NCBI GenBank assembly: GCA_013265495.1
Contig: MU058065.1
Span: 1,325,527 to 1,389,526 of the forward strand
Source of the DNA: Vicugna vicugna
Taxonomy: Eukaryota
Length of the DNA stretch: 64,000 nucleotides
Reading direction: 5' to 3'
Shown: positions 50,816-63,820 of the stretch, one piece after another
Layout of the letters: every line of letters starts with the position of its first letter
Position numbering within the stretch: the stretch's first letter is position 1
Notes under the pieces: model-generated
What the model was told of the DNA's origin: nothing
Databases searched by the model: none
The model's input: the letters and a program-made list of their open reading frames with translations, nothing else
Made by a program: the position numbers and the translations under genes

Positions 50816-53800
50816 TGCAGATAATTATTTTATCATATTAATTTTATAAAAGTGATCTGAGCATATTGAGATTATGTGAAAATTAGTACATTATTCATTC
50901 TAATCTTTGTTATTCTCCATTAAAAACATGTCTAGGATTTTAAGATACACTATCAAATTTGAACTCTGTAAAACAGACTATTTAATCTATATTAGTTACT
51001 GCAATGTAGTTACATTGTATGAAATCTACACTTAGTATAGGTACCATTTATCCAAATGTTGATTGCATCCTACTTGGAACACAGTGATGCAATCAAAATG
51101 AAAAACAAAACGTTAACACAAAGCCATACCTGCTCATTTAGAAGAAATGCTCGGAGCTGCCCAATGAAGCATCATTCCAAAGCCTGCAAAGCGAACTGTG
51201 TGTAACTAAGATTATTGGCTTACGATTCTTATACATGTGATTTTTCCACGGCAATGTGGAAATCATTTCTTTTTGTTTGTTGCAAATAGAAAAATAAAGG
51301 ACTTCCTTAAGAAATCTTTAGAATCAACTACAATTAAATGTGTCTGCTGCGAGCTTCAAGTATGGTATGAGATACAGTCGAGTCCCACCACTTGCTACAT
51401 GAGAATTAGAGCATTTGTAAAATGAGGATAGAAATATTACTTCCTCATATTATTATTAGTGACTATTATTATGAATAATAAAATGGTTTTGAAAGACAAA
51501 TAAATGAATTCAGAACAGTGCCTGGAATAGTAAGTAATAAATATTTTTAATTTCACTTTTAGGAAAAATTGTGAAAAACTTTGAAATGAACAAAAAAAGA
51601 TTGCCAGTCATCCTGTCAGCCCTTTAGATTATACCAAATTTTACCTGTCTTTGAGCTATCCTGCAACTTCAGAAATCGTAGAAAACTAATAGTCATGCAA
51701 AAGATTCCGGTGAGGCAAAAAAAAAAAACTGATTATTTCCCTGTGGATATTAACTGATTTTACAACTCTGTGTAAATTAATTTCAGCATTCCTGACTGTC
51801 TACATATGTATATATTCTTTGAATTTTCCTTTGATCAGATTGGAATTTCTGGATCCTTCATTAATTAATGAATTACAAAATCTATGATGACTGTTCATTT
51901 TATATTTGAGCATCGTGATTTTAGCATTTTTAAAAATTATCCTTTAACTCATTATTATTGCAAAGAAATGTGACATTAATTAAAGGGGAAACACACTATG
52001 AAGAGAATTAATGTAATTTTGGAATATGGCAGGACCAGGTGGCATCGCTTACTGGAGATCGTGCTGGGAATCCTCGGAGAACATCACATTAATGACATGA
52101 GTTTGAGTTATTGAATCAAAGGCAATCAGGTTAGACTGTTTACGATGCGAAAATGTAGGGAAGTGAATATCATATTTTATTAAATTAGTTGTTAATTGAC
52201 AGTGATTAAATATTTTATTTTAGGCTTAGTTATCTGGGATATTTATTCAGGTAGAAATTCTCATTTCTTGACAAAACTGCTTATATAAAATGTTATCTAC
52301 AAAAACCTTAAAGATTTACTCTCTCCTGCTCTGTCACTAAAATTTACTTGACACCTTGGGTGTTCCATCCAATGTTATAATGCTAGAATGGAAAACAATA
52401 AATCATCAGTTGTTCCCCTTCCACTTTTTTTCCATAGGCAACCTCAAAATTCACTGAGCTACCATATTGAATTTCTGATCCATCGGTGATGGCATCTCAA
52501 TTTAATACTTAAAAACTAGCATTTGTCTTATTTCATACACAAGTTGTAACTTAATTTTTAAGAAGGTTTAAATATATTTACTTTGAAGAGAGTGCTTTTA
52601 TTTTTTCCTTTTAATATAGCCCTACATTTAAAAATATTAATACAATAAAACCAGGAAGTTAGAGCTCATCAATTTAGATATCACAATAATTTAGGCAAGG
52701 AGGGACTAAATCAGCATTTGCCTTCATATATCTGTTCATTTCAGAAAATGATTTACTGAGTATATTTAGCATGAAATAATTCAAAAATCTGTTTTATTTA
52801 TTAAAGGAAGTAAAACATTACAAGATTATTAAGCATTCATTTTTATATAATCGTTGTGATAATACAGATAATTATTATGAACTAATTCAAGATATCTGCT
52901 TTCAAACTTGAGATAATCTGAGGTCTTCATATATACTAAACATACTTCAGTTGCTTTTTTATAACAATATCCCATAATTCAAAGTAATCTTCCTGATGAA
53001 CAAGCAGAAACTTAGGTATTTTTTATAGAGAGAGAATATAAAAATGCTTTTTTCCTAAAAACTCTGAATGCCACTTCTTTTGTGCAGATTTATTAAACAC
53101 ATTGAATCGCCTGTTTTTATAGCAAGGACTCAATAACCGATTTGTCTTTTCTGCCATTGTTTACTCCAAGAAGCAACTTAATTACCTCCTCCTAGCCGTA
53201 TGAAAAGAAAAAACTTATACATCAACATGGCAGAATCAGGCTGCAAAGCAATAGTAGGGAGTTCTGCTCATACATTTCTACAGCTATTGCAGAACTGGAA
53301 AGCTTTAATACAGATTTGTACCCTCGTGCCAAGTTTCTGACATGCAATTATGTAAGTAGAAGTAAAACCAAAGCCTTCTGGAAAGCTAGTGTTTAACCAG
53401 CATAAAATGCAGTATTTCCCAAATGACCAGTAATTGCATACAGTACTTCCGAAAAGTGGATTAATTCCCTGCATTCTGATGTGAGTGTACTCAAATGATC
53501 TCCAATCTTGGACCACTTGGACTGGTCAAGAGACTCTACAGATCAATCAGACTCAACCACTCCTACTTATTAACCACCAGTGAAAGAATCAAAGAGAATC
53601 AGACAGGGGATGAGCGAAAGAAACCTTTGTTTTTGATGAGACACTAATGAAATAATGTGGACTTTTCATTGAATTACAAAATCATCTTAAAAACAAAGCT
53701 TGGTTTATCACCCTCTAATCATAAATTATGCAAGCTTGCTGCCAGTTAAGCATTCTTAACCATGTGGGGAACTCTTACAGGCAACAGTGATCTACTTAGA

Positions 53801-55449
53801 GAAATGCTGAAGGAGACAGAAGGGATACTCAGGGCAGCCTTGGATAAGGAAGACCTAAATCTATCAACTGGGAATTGGAGTAAAGGAGAGAAGTTTGTTC
53901 TACTTTCACAAGCTAACTCTGTGGTTTTGGGTCGCTGACCTCATTCAGACATTTCTTCCCTCATTTCATCTTTTCTCTAACTGAGCGCAAAATCACCTTT
54001 TTAAACTGTATATGTCTATTACTTCCAGTTGTAACCTTACTCTGTATTTAGAACTAAAACAAATCTCCTAAGCATAATGTACCTCCGTATAATAACATTG
54101 GCCCTGAATTCTTTCTGGGGTTGTGATGAGAATAAAGTACAATAATTTGGCTAAAGTCCATATACTTATAGGTTAACTGTAACATAATGTTATAAATTCA
54201 AATAGTAACCCTAATGATTGTGTTGGATTCTTACATGAAGTTCATATTTTAATAGAAATAGATTCCTTATGTCTTTGTTTCAGACATACAAGTATCCAAT
54301 GAGTGAAATAAGACCTTTTTAAGAAGTTTTGATTGTTCTAAACTATCATTAAGAAAGTTTTTGTTAATTCCATAAATTCAGGTTCACTTCCTTTCACCCC
54401 CGATCGCTAAAGTCATGATACTAGGACAAACAGCAATAAGTAGATTTTTCAAATGCGGTGTTAATTCTGGCATGCTGTCTTCTGACCTTTCCCAGGTCAC
54501 GTCTGGAAAGCAGAAATCTCATTCTGCCTCAGCAGAATGCTTTATTCATGACTTTGAAAATGCCAAGATCAAAAGGGGGTGTATTCAGCTCAATTCAATT
54601 TGCTCAAGTGGACAGAAAAATGTTCTTTTATTCAAATGACAAGGACGTTTGATCCAGAAAAGCTGTGCTACTTCATTCTTGAAGATGGGCACCCACCTTG
54701 CTTTATGAATTCTGTTTGGAAAATTCCTCTGTGGTTCAGCTTATTAATAGTCTAATCCAAATAGCGGTCTAAAAATGAGGCAATTAGCCAGTCTTTTATC
54801 TAAAAAAGGAAAAAAGATGCATTTCATTAGCAACAGCCAATGAGTATAAAGAACCATCTATGGGAGTTTTTCTCTGAAGACCTTGGGTGGAGTTAAGGGG
54901 TGCCACTTAAAGCTCTGTGAATTGAAAGAAAAAGGTAATTCACATAGTGTCAATAAATCTATCTTGTTTATTTACCAAAGGCCAGAGGACTATCCTCATT
55001 ACTATCTCTTGGGGACCAAATAAAGGAAAAATAAATTCTTTTTCTGTAAAAGAATTTCCTAAATAGTTTGTATGCCACTGGCATTCTACCAAAGGCTAGG
55101 AAAAATCTTAGTCTTTTCTTTGTTCACAAATGAGCTGTTTGATTTAGTGGTATACACCAATGCCTGGTCACATGATGAGGAAACATGATGAAGAGATCAA
55201 GAAAGGACTTGAAAACACAAAGCACAATAAAAAGTTAAATTAAGGGGCATGGGAGAATGTCATTCCATTAGCATGGGCATTTGGGGAATGTAGGATTAAA
55301 TATAGATGTAGAACTCCAAGGGAAATATGGACGTTCTATTTCAGCCTGCCTGAAAGTTGGCATCTTACCATCTCTCCCCGATCAGCCTCTTAAATGTGAG
55401 CACCTGGCCTTTCAGCCCCATTGGGTGGAAGGGCTCCAGGAGGTGGGGC

Positions 55450-55600
55450 AGGGTTCTCACCCTTGACTGCACACAGTATCACCTGAAGAGATTTTATAAA
55501 ATGTGTTAAGTTTGAGTCTCCTCTCTTAACCCATCAAATCTGAGTCTTTGGTTGTGGGCCCCAAGGACACTCAAATGTTCAGCTAGAGTTGAGAATCATT
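55450..55600. mobile_element. MER5-like fragment
   Basis: GGTTCTCACCCTTGACTGCACAC...ATCACCTG...GTTGAGAATCA. Confidence 0.55.
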
Positions 55601-57009
55601 GGTTTAGGGGGCAATACAGGATTTGCAAAGTGGAAAGGTAAATTTAGGACATGCAACAGTTTAGGAAATAGACATGCACATGCATTCTCCCTGGGGACTT
55701 ACCTGACAGGTTGTGAGCTCTGGGTACCACTTCTTCTCTCCTTACACAATCTCCTGGTCCAAGAGGAACCACATTTATCCATTATCACTGTTCCAGGCTG
55801 TCCTCTTTCCTCTTCCATGAATCATATCCAGAAGGTCAAAGCCATAGAAACAACCATTTCCCTCTCATAGCACTGGCAACAGGCTTCATCTGCCAGCCTT
55901 TGCCCGAGAAAGCAGGCTGCAGTGGTATTCTCGAATGAAAACAGGGTCCTTAGGTAAACTTGGCCTGGTATACACTGTTGCCTCAGAGCTACAGAATCTA
56001 TGAGATTGGAGTAACTGAAATACTACCTGTTGTCTTGCTGATCTCCTCTTTAGAAGTAGGAACCTGGGTTTCAAGGTTGGTATATGGAATGGCAGAAATG
56101 GTCTGATGGCTTGTGGAAGCAAAGGATGCTATAAAGCAAAAAGGCGCTGGCACAATTCCGGGGTAAAGAAACACCTCTTAAGGCAAAGCAGTGAGCTATG
56201 AACAACTAGCTGGGATAGAGGAGATCACAGAGCGCTATTTGATTCTCTGATCCTCTCTGTCTCGAGTGACAAAGAACAGTCAGCAGACGGACGAAGAACA
56301 GAACAGTAGAACGTTGTAAAACGTGACTTCTGTCTGTTCTGCTTGTCCCTCACCAAACCCACACTGGCAGCCTCAGGATAATCAAGTACATATCAAATAC
56401 ATAGCACTCAAAATAATGGTGGTGATTGTGCCAAGTTATAGTATTTGCAAGAAATACACAAAGTACATCCTACACAGAATATCCCTTCAACTTCTTCTTA
56501 TATACTGTGTACAGCCAATCTTTTTTATGCTGCCTTTTAATTAGTACCTCAATGTGAATTCAGAGATAGAGGCAGAAGACTCCAAAACTCGAAGACAATT
56601 ATCTCACTGATAACTCTTTCTCAAGTTGGGCTGAGGTCTTCATGGTGTTTAAATGATTTTATAGTAAGAGGACACGTGAGAATACTTTAACTCTGTTCCA
56701 GACCAGAGACAATCATCTTCACAAGGTTCTTCACAGAGACAAATATACAGAGAATGTCAACACAAGAAATAAGAGTAATAATTTTTATTGTCCTGGATCA
56801 ATGCAGATATCAGAAATGTTAATCTGGAGAACATGACCTGAGTTAGAGTCCTCCTGTATCCTAAATTCAAATCTGAATCTCAGCTCTCTTCACACTTCAG
56901 AAGATAACTATGTTGAAGAAAGAGCTGGAAGAGAAAAAGGTTGGGAGTGGTCCCAAATGTCAATTTGTCTTGGTTGCAGAGGAACAAGGAATGTACACCA
57001 GGTGATGAC

Positions 57010-58890
57010 TTTATTTATTAAACTTTTTATTTTGAAATCATTGTCGATTCCCTTACAGTTATCAGACATAAAAGAGACAGATCCTATGTAACTTTTACCC
57101 CAATTCCCATAAATTTAACATCTTGCAAAACTATATCATAACCAGGATGTTGACATTGATTTCATACACCAAGGAACTTGCATGGGGGGGAGGGTTCTTT
57201 ATTTATCTCTGGACAATTTGTCACACCAACACAGTTAAGCTACAGAGCAATTTCATCATTACTATGTATTCTTTATTTTGCTCCAACACAGTTAAGCTAC
57301 AGAGCAATTTCATCATTACTATGATTCTTTATTTTGCTCTTTTATGACACATCCATTTCCCTCCTCCCCAATCCCCCATCCTTAATCCCCGATAACCACT
57401 AATATGTTCTCTATTTCTAAAATTTTGCTATTTCAAAAATGGTATGTAAATGGTGTCATACAACACATATCCCTTTGGTACTGACTTTTTTGGGTACCAT
57501 AATTGCCTTGATTTTCACTCAAGTTGTTACACGTGTCAATGATGTGGTCCCTTACATTTCTGAGTAGTGTTCCATGGCACGCATGTACCACAGTGTGTTT
57601 AACCGTTCACCTGCTGAAGGGCATCTAGGATGACTCCAGGTTTGGGCTACTGTGTGTAAAGCTGTTGTGAACAACTGCTTAACAGAGCTTTGTGTGAGCA
57701 TAGTTTTCATTTATCTGGGATAAATGTCCGAGAGTATAGTTGCAGGATCATGTGGTAGTTGCAAATAAGTTTGTTTGTCATTTTTTTGTTCCACAAATAA
57801 GTGATATTACAGGCCTGCAGACATAGAAAACAAACTTATGGTTACTGGAGGGAGAGGAGGTGGGAAGGGATAAATTGGGACTTCGAGATTTGCAGATATT
57901 AACTAATATGTATAAAATAAACAGGAAGTTTATACTGTGTAGCACAGGGAACTATATTCAGTATCTTGTAGTAACTTATGGTGAAAAAGAATATGAAAAT
58001 GAATATATGTATGTTCCTATATGACTGAAACACTGGGCTGTACACCAGAAATTGACACATTGTAAACTGACTATACTTCAATAAAAATATATTTTAAAAA
58101 ATGTGGTAGTTGCATGTTTAGTTGTTTAAGAGACTCTCAACCTGTTTTCCAGAGTGGCTGAACCATTCTACACTTCTACTAGCAATGTGTGAGTGATTCA
58201 GTCTCTCCACATTCTTGCACGCATTTGGTGGTATCACTATTTTTTTGTTTGCTTTAGTCATTTTGATATATAGTAATATCTCATTGTAATTTTAATTTTC
58301 TTTTCCCTAATGGCTAAGAATGTTGAACATCTTTTTACACCCATATTTTCCACTTGAATATCCTCTTTGGTGAGATATCTGTTCATGAGTTTTGTTTATT
58401 TTCTAATTGGATTACTTGTTTGTTTTTCCCTCTTGAGCTTTGAGAGTTCTTTACGCATTCTGGATATTAGTCTTTTGTCAGATACCTGGTTTGCAAATAT
58501 TTTCTTCTAATTTTTAGCTTATTTTTAATCAATTTTTAATTTTGATGAGGTACAATTTATCTTTTTTTTTTAATTTATGAATCATGCTTTTGGTGTCAAG
58601 TCTAAAATTCCAAGGCTTTTGACTAGTCCTAGATCCCAAGACTTTCCCCTACCTTCTTCCTAAAAGTTTTATAGTTTTATGCTTTACATGTAAGTCCACA
58701 GTCCATTGTGGGTTAATTTTTGCAGAAGGTGTGAGGTTTGGTCAGCATGAAGTGTTTTGTCTATGGACATCCCATACTCCAGTACTCATCATTAAAAAGG
58801 CCAACCTTTTTTCATTACATCTTTTGCGTTTTCATCAAAAATCAATTGGGCTTATGTGTGTTGATCTACTTCTAGATTCTCTGTTCTGCT
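57010..58890 (-). mobile_element. Old L1 (L1MA/MB-like), ORF2 end plus 3' UTR
   Basis: Antisense motifs TTCCAGAGTGGCTG, GTTGAACATCTTTT, TTTGCAAATATTTTCT and TCAAAAATCAATTG. Confidence 0.88.
57764..58100 (+). mobile_element. Camelid-type L1 3' end with a short 5' inversion
   Basis: Perfect 14-bp TSD ATGTGGTAGTTGCA (57750-57763, 58101-58114); CAGACATAGAAAACAAAC...ACTATACTTCAATAAAA. Confidence 0.92.
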
Positions 58891-59384
58891 CTCCAGCATA
58901 GTGACAGCACTCACTAATAAACATGGCCTGATGACACATGCTTACCAGACTCTCCCTGTTGGAAATAAGAATGGAGTAGAAAAATGTGGAGGGGCCTTGA
59001 ATGTTACACTCTGGTGAAAACATCCTAGTGTTTCTCTTGTGTGCATTAACACACAAGTATAACTAAGCAAATCATAGATCCTCTCTTCCTTGATCATAAG
59101 CAAGATTAGTGAACTATTAAGAAATTCCATTTCACACTCACATGATGACTTCCTAACACAGGCCCCTGGTCCTACGCATTCACTGAGTCCTGTAAGAAGG
59201 CAGCTCCATCCCTCAGTGAATGTCTCCAGACATTGATGGTTGGTGATGAATCAGAGCATTGAATAATTCCTCCTCACTGCTAGTTCTTATTTATTACTGT
59301 GCCCAGCTATATTGTGTAAATTAGGTTACCAGATGGATTATACACTGCTGACTGCTTAGTCATATAACTAAAATGATACGAATC

Positions 59385-59923
59385 TGCAATAGTAAAGAAC
59401 AAATCTGACTCCATATTAGATCTGTTCCTGTGGCTTTAAACCTGTGCCCTGTGTTTTTAAGCTTAGTCTTGCCAGCTCTGCACCTTTTGTAAAAGAATGT
59501 TGCCTTTAGCCTGAAATATACAGGAGAGCCTATTCTCAAGGCTCTGACCTTTAAGGATCTTAACACTTTCACACTCATATGAGGATAACAAGTTGCAGAA
59601 TAGAAAATAACATTTGCTTTGTTGGACATTTTACAGGGGCACCATGACCTGACCCATGTGGGCAGCTGCTGCAAGAACAAAGGATTCCAAGCACAAAGAA
59701 TTCTTACAAGAAATTTGCACCAACCAACCACACCCCCTCCCTTTTTTTAGTGTAAAAGGAGCCTGAATTCTGACTTGGGAAAGATGGTTCTCCAGGACGT
59801 TAGTCTGCCATCTTCTCAGTCTGCCGGCTTTCCAAATAAAGTTACTATTCCTTGCCCCAACACCACATCTCCCGATTTATTGGCCTTTGTGCAGCAAGCA
59901 GAATGAGTTTTGACTCGGTAACA
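59385..59923 (+). mobile_element. ERV1-class solo LTR (MER4-group-like), 539 bp
   Basis: TG...GACTCGGTAACA termini, 4-bp TSD AATC (59381-59384, 59924-59927), AATAAA near 59835. Confidence 0.85.
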
Positions 59924-61019
59924 AATCCAGCAATACCAAATACTCTGATTTTAACAATTTGAAACAGGTGGTAAATAGATAAATGGAAAATTTTAAAGTG
60001 CATCTAACTTGAGTGAAGCATGACACAAGCTCTCCAACAGTACAACAGCCAGTCTTTCTCTCACTCTCTTTCTCTTTTTCATTGTCCTTATAGGCTAATC
60101 TGATACATCTGGCTGGCTTCCATGCTCACCTCTTGGACCAATCCCTGCTGATGAAGCATGGGGTTCAATAACTGGCCAGAATCAGGATACATGTCAAGAT
60201 TGTCAGACCCAGGAGAACCACATGGGATCAGAGAGAGGACACTCTTGCATTGAAAGATGACTGAGGAGGAACAAATAAGAGATGACCACGCTCCTAAGAT
60301 GGATAAGAGTTCAAAACTAGCACCCTTGTCCTACTTGCATCCAGGGGGATCTCACTCAAGCATGTGTCTGTGTCCACTTCCTGCCTGAGAATAAATACTC
60401 CAGCCCCCTTCCACTGGGAGCATTTTAGCTACTGCTTCCCAGATGCTGGGGGTGGAAATCGACTTGCCTCTGACTCAGAAACACTCCTGGCTATTAAGTT
60501 TGTGGTATCTGACAAGGGTACCTTAAATTGGTTAACAGGAAACTCTCCAAACAAAGTTGACAGCCAATGTGTCCCTGGTCATGTACTGCTCTCCCCAAAT
60601 CTTATCTATACTCAATTTCATTTTTTCTGAAATTTGCATAAATCATGACTTTTTTAATGGTAGTAGAAACATTCTTTTCTGTGGTATTTTTCCTGTAGCA
60701 GATGGGTATATCTCTATTTCCTCCAGGTTTCCATTTCTATTTCCTTCTGTTATTACCATCTCCTTTCAAGCAGATCTTAGCTGAGTTTTTTAAAGCTCAA
60801 CCTGCTTCTTCAATTAGATCCAATTTCTCTTCTACATTTGAAGGCTAAATACATATTAGATCAGAGTAATCACTTCTCTCTTTGGTTTCCCCATAGTTCC
60901 TATTTTTACTGCAAAACAAATTTTGGTGGTACTTTGTTTGGCTGGTTACTCAGCTAATATCACTGCCTATTTTCTGGGTATTTCCTTTCCAAAGAAGCCT
61001 AAGCAGTAATTCTTTTTTC

Positions 61020-61345
61020 ATGTATTGGGCAATCAATTCTAGTTGGTGTAATAGACAAGCCCTAAAATCTCAATGACTTACTATCACATGATTGCTCACA
61101 TGATAGAATTTGGATGAGTGGCCACTATCTGTATTGTGCCATCTGGACCACAGAGCCTCCGAGTCATCATGGCAGAAGAAGAGAAGGCCAGAAGACTGGA
61201 TGGGATGGTCTTAAAGATAAGCTATGTGGCTTATATAACTTCCCCCACATCATATTGGCTAGAAATTAACCACATGATCTTAGTCTAACTTCAGGGAAGC
61301 CTAGGGAAGACAAATGGACGCATGCACATATACATAGGATGTGTG
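61020..61345 (-). mobile_element. Old MaLR LTR (MLT1H/I/J-like)
   Basis: CCTAAAATCTCAATGACTTA and CACATCATATTGGCTAGAA motifs. Confidence 0.55.
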
Positions 61346-61414
61346 ATAAGTACCAATGAGCTTCCAAATAATCTACGTTTTCAACTTCCCTTGTGCGAAC
61401 ACTTTCTCTCTATC

Positions 61415-61673
61415 TCAGAGCAACTATGATTGGACACTTGAAATGTGCTGTGAGTGTCAAAAGCACACTGAGTTTCAAACACAGTACAAAATAAAGAATT
61501 AAAAACTCTCAAATTTTGTTGATTACTTGTTGAAATGATAAATGTGGATATATTCAGTTAAATAAAATATATGACTAAAATTACTTCTGTTACTTTTTAC
61601 TTTTTATTTAATTTGACTCCTAGAAAAATTTTCAATTATGCATGTGGCAAATGTATTTTGATTGGACAGCACT
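61415..61673. mobile_element. MER33-like hAT-Charlie MITE
   Basis: CACTTGAAATGTG, GATTACTTGTTGAAATGATA and end ATTGGACAGCACT. Confidence 0.75.
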
Positions 61674-63459
61674 TCTCTGAAGGTGTGGTCTTGCAGACAT
61701 AGACTTTTCTTTAATTACGCTCAATGATTGCCTAGTAGTGATTTCCTTGAGGTTTTCTTCCCTTAAATCCAAGAGAATGACGTTATCTCTTAAAATAAAT
61801 ATCCTAACTTTTATTTATTCATTTATCAATGATTTCTTCTCCTTCACTAGACATAAATCTGCTGCCTGGATTTCTGAAATCTGTAACCAGGATGAGGACT
61901 TAGCTAATAAACATACAAGACCCAACTCAAGAGCAAACTGTGGGACATACTCTGGGATATCATAGCCACATGAATCCCAAGAAGGTTCTAGATAGTAGAT
62001 ACACTAAGAAACATAATGAAGCAGTTGATCTAATTCTACTTATGCTGATGGCGCCAATAATTTCAATAAGTAAAAGATTCACACATCAGAACTTGGTATA
62101 TGTTAAGTAGTACCTACCTTGAAACACAAGATACTCTACTGTTCTTGTTACTTGAGCAGAAACCTGCCCTGGAGCCAAAAATGAATCCTTTTCTTCAGAG
62201 TAGCATCAGTCTCTGCTCGTAAGAAGTAGAAGGTAATTCACCAGAAGAGACAGTTGCCTAATCCTTGCTTTCTCCACATAATACTTGCTTCTCAACCGCT
62301 TGTTCCCTTGGTAAATGCATTAGGCCAACTGAAACTTAGAGCAAATATTAGAAACCAGGGTGAGATTTTGATGGACTAAGACATGATTATGTCCAGGACA
62401 CCCAGCAGTAGCCCCAGCTGTGGCCAGAATCCTCAAAGATCCTGACGTAGATAAACACACAGGAAATACTGGAAAAGAATCAAAACAAGCATTTAAATTT
62501 TCTTTCCCTGAATCTCTGTATTTCAAGGAAGAACTCTGACAAACTAGGCTGCATTTAGAAGCAGGAGATCTATGAGATTTCTTTCCTTACCTAAATCTGC
62601 ACCCGAATCTTAGAATTTAATATCCGGGGATATTCAGAGACTAAAGGACCTATTATTTCCATGTAAAACACAGATTTGGATTCCTGCACTCTTGCCAACC
62701 ACATGGAAGGCCAAGGGCCTGTTCTTGGGAAGAATGTCTGGGATGAGTTTACTGCTGACATTATAAAGGTGGAAGAGAGTCAGACATAGCTAGGTTGACA
62801 CTGAAGTGTACGGTGGTCTCAGTGTCCTAGCCCACTAGAAAACTGAAACTGGAAACTGAAAAAATCAATGACACCACTTTTACAGAAGAGGGTGGGAGTG
62901 GGTGCCGGGGAGGCATAACAGGAACAGAGAGCTCCCGGAAGACATTTTCCAGGGAGTAACAGCCAACTACAGACCAAAACTTTGAGAAGAATTACTTCCA
63001 CATCAATGCTACTTATTTTTGGAATTAAAAAAGGAAAGAATACATAAAGTCTGTTTATTTTCTTCTGGTATATTATGTATCTACTAAGATAGAAATATTT
63101 CTTAAAATTAATATGAATATCTCATTGTTGTTGTTTTATCTCTAAAGAGGGATTTGAGGTTATTGTGACACTGGTTTCCCTCAAAGGCACTGAGTGTTTC
63201 CACATTTCTCTCCTTTTTTCACACTGTCTCAGGTTCCTAGAGCATCTTCTTGTGTATCTATAGTCCTTGACCTACAACCTGATATTTATGTATTTGGAAT
63301 TCATCATTTCTTCCTCTTCATTCTAAAAGAATTATGTATGCTCCCTAATGATACACTTTTAGTACAGTTTTCATAAACATGCCTAAGTAGGAATTTACAT
63401 TGGAATATAGTCCATTTTTAGAATCAGTGCTGGAAAAGGAACATTACATTCTTTTTAGA

Positions 63460-63820
63460 CTGTCAGCCTGGGTCCTCTAGAAAGCAGGCTCCAAAGGCAA
63501 GAATGAAATTGCTGACACTATTTGGAAGGCGCAAGAGCAGAACAGTGAGAGTGCAGATAAAAGGGAAATGATGTACATCACTTGACCTTCCGGAGCAGCT
63601 GCAGAGGCAGGGAGCCATGTTCATTTTAATAATTTATTCTTATGAGTGAGTAGTAATAGCAGCCTGTCCATCTGTCTGTTGGGGCATCCAAATACCAAGA
63701 CATGGAGAGTGAATGTGAGGAGAGCTTGTGAAGCTGTAGGTCAGAGATGGTGCTGCAACACATCACCAGAGAGCTCAGGTCATGACTCCAAGACCCCAAC
63801 TATCCCTCCCCCAACCACAA
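63460..63820 (-). mobile_element. ERVL LTR-like fragment
   Basis: GGGTCCTCTAGAAAGCAGGCTCC start, similar to the LTR16/33 antisense end. Confidence 0.4.

Noticed and set aside
56213..56262. Imperfect hairpin, possible pre-miRNA
   Set aside because: Low-complexity GA/TC arms with bulges and no recognised mature miRNA
59360..59731. 123-aa minus-strand ORF
   Set aside because: Antisense reading of the solo LTR
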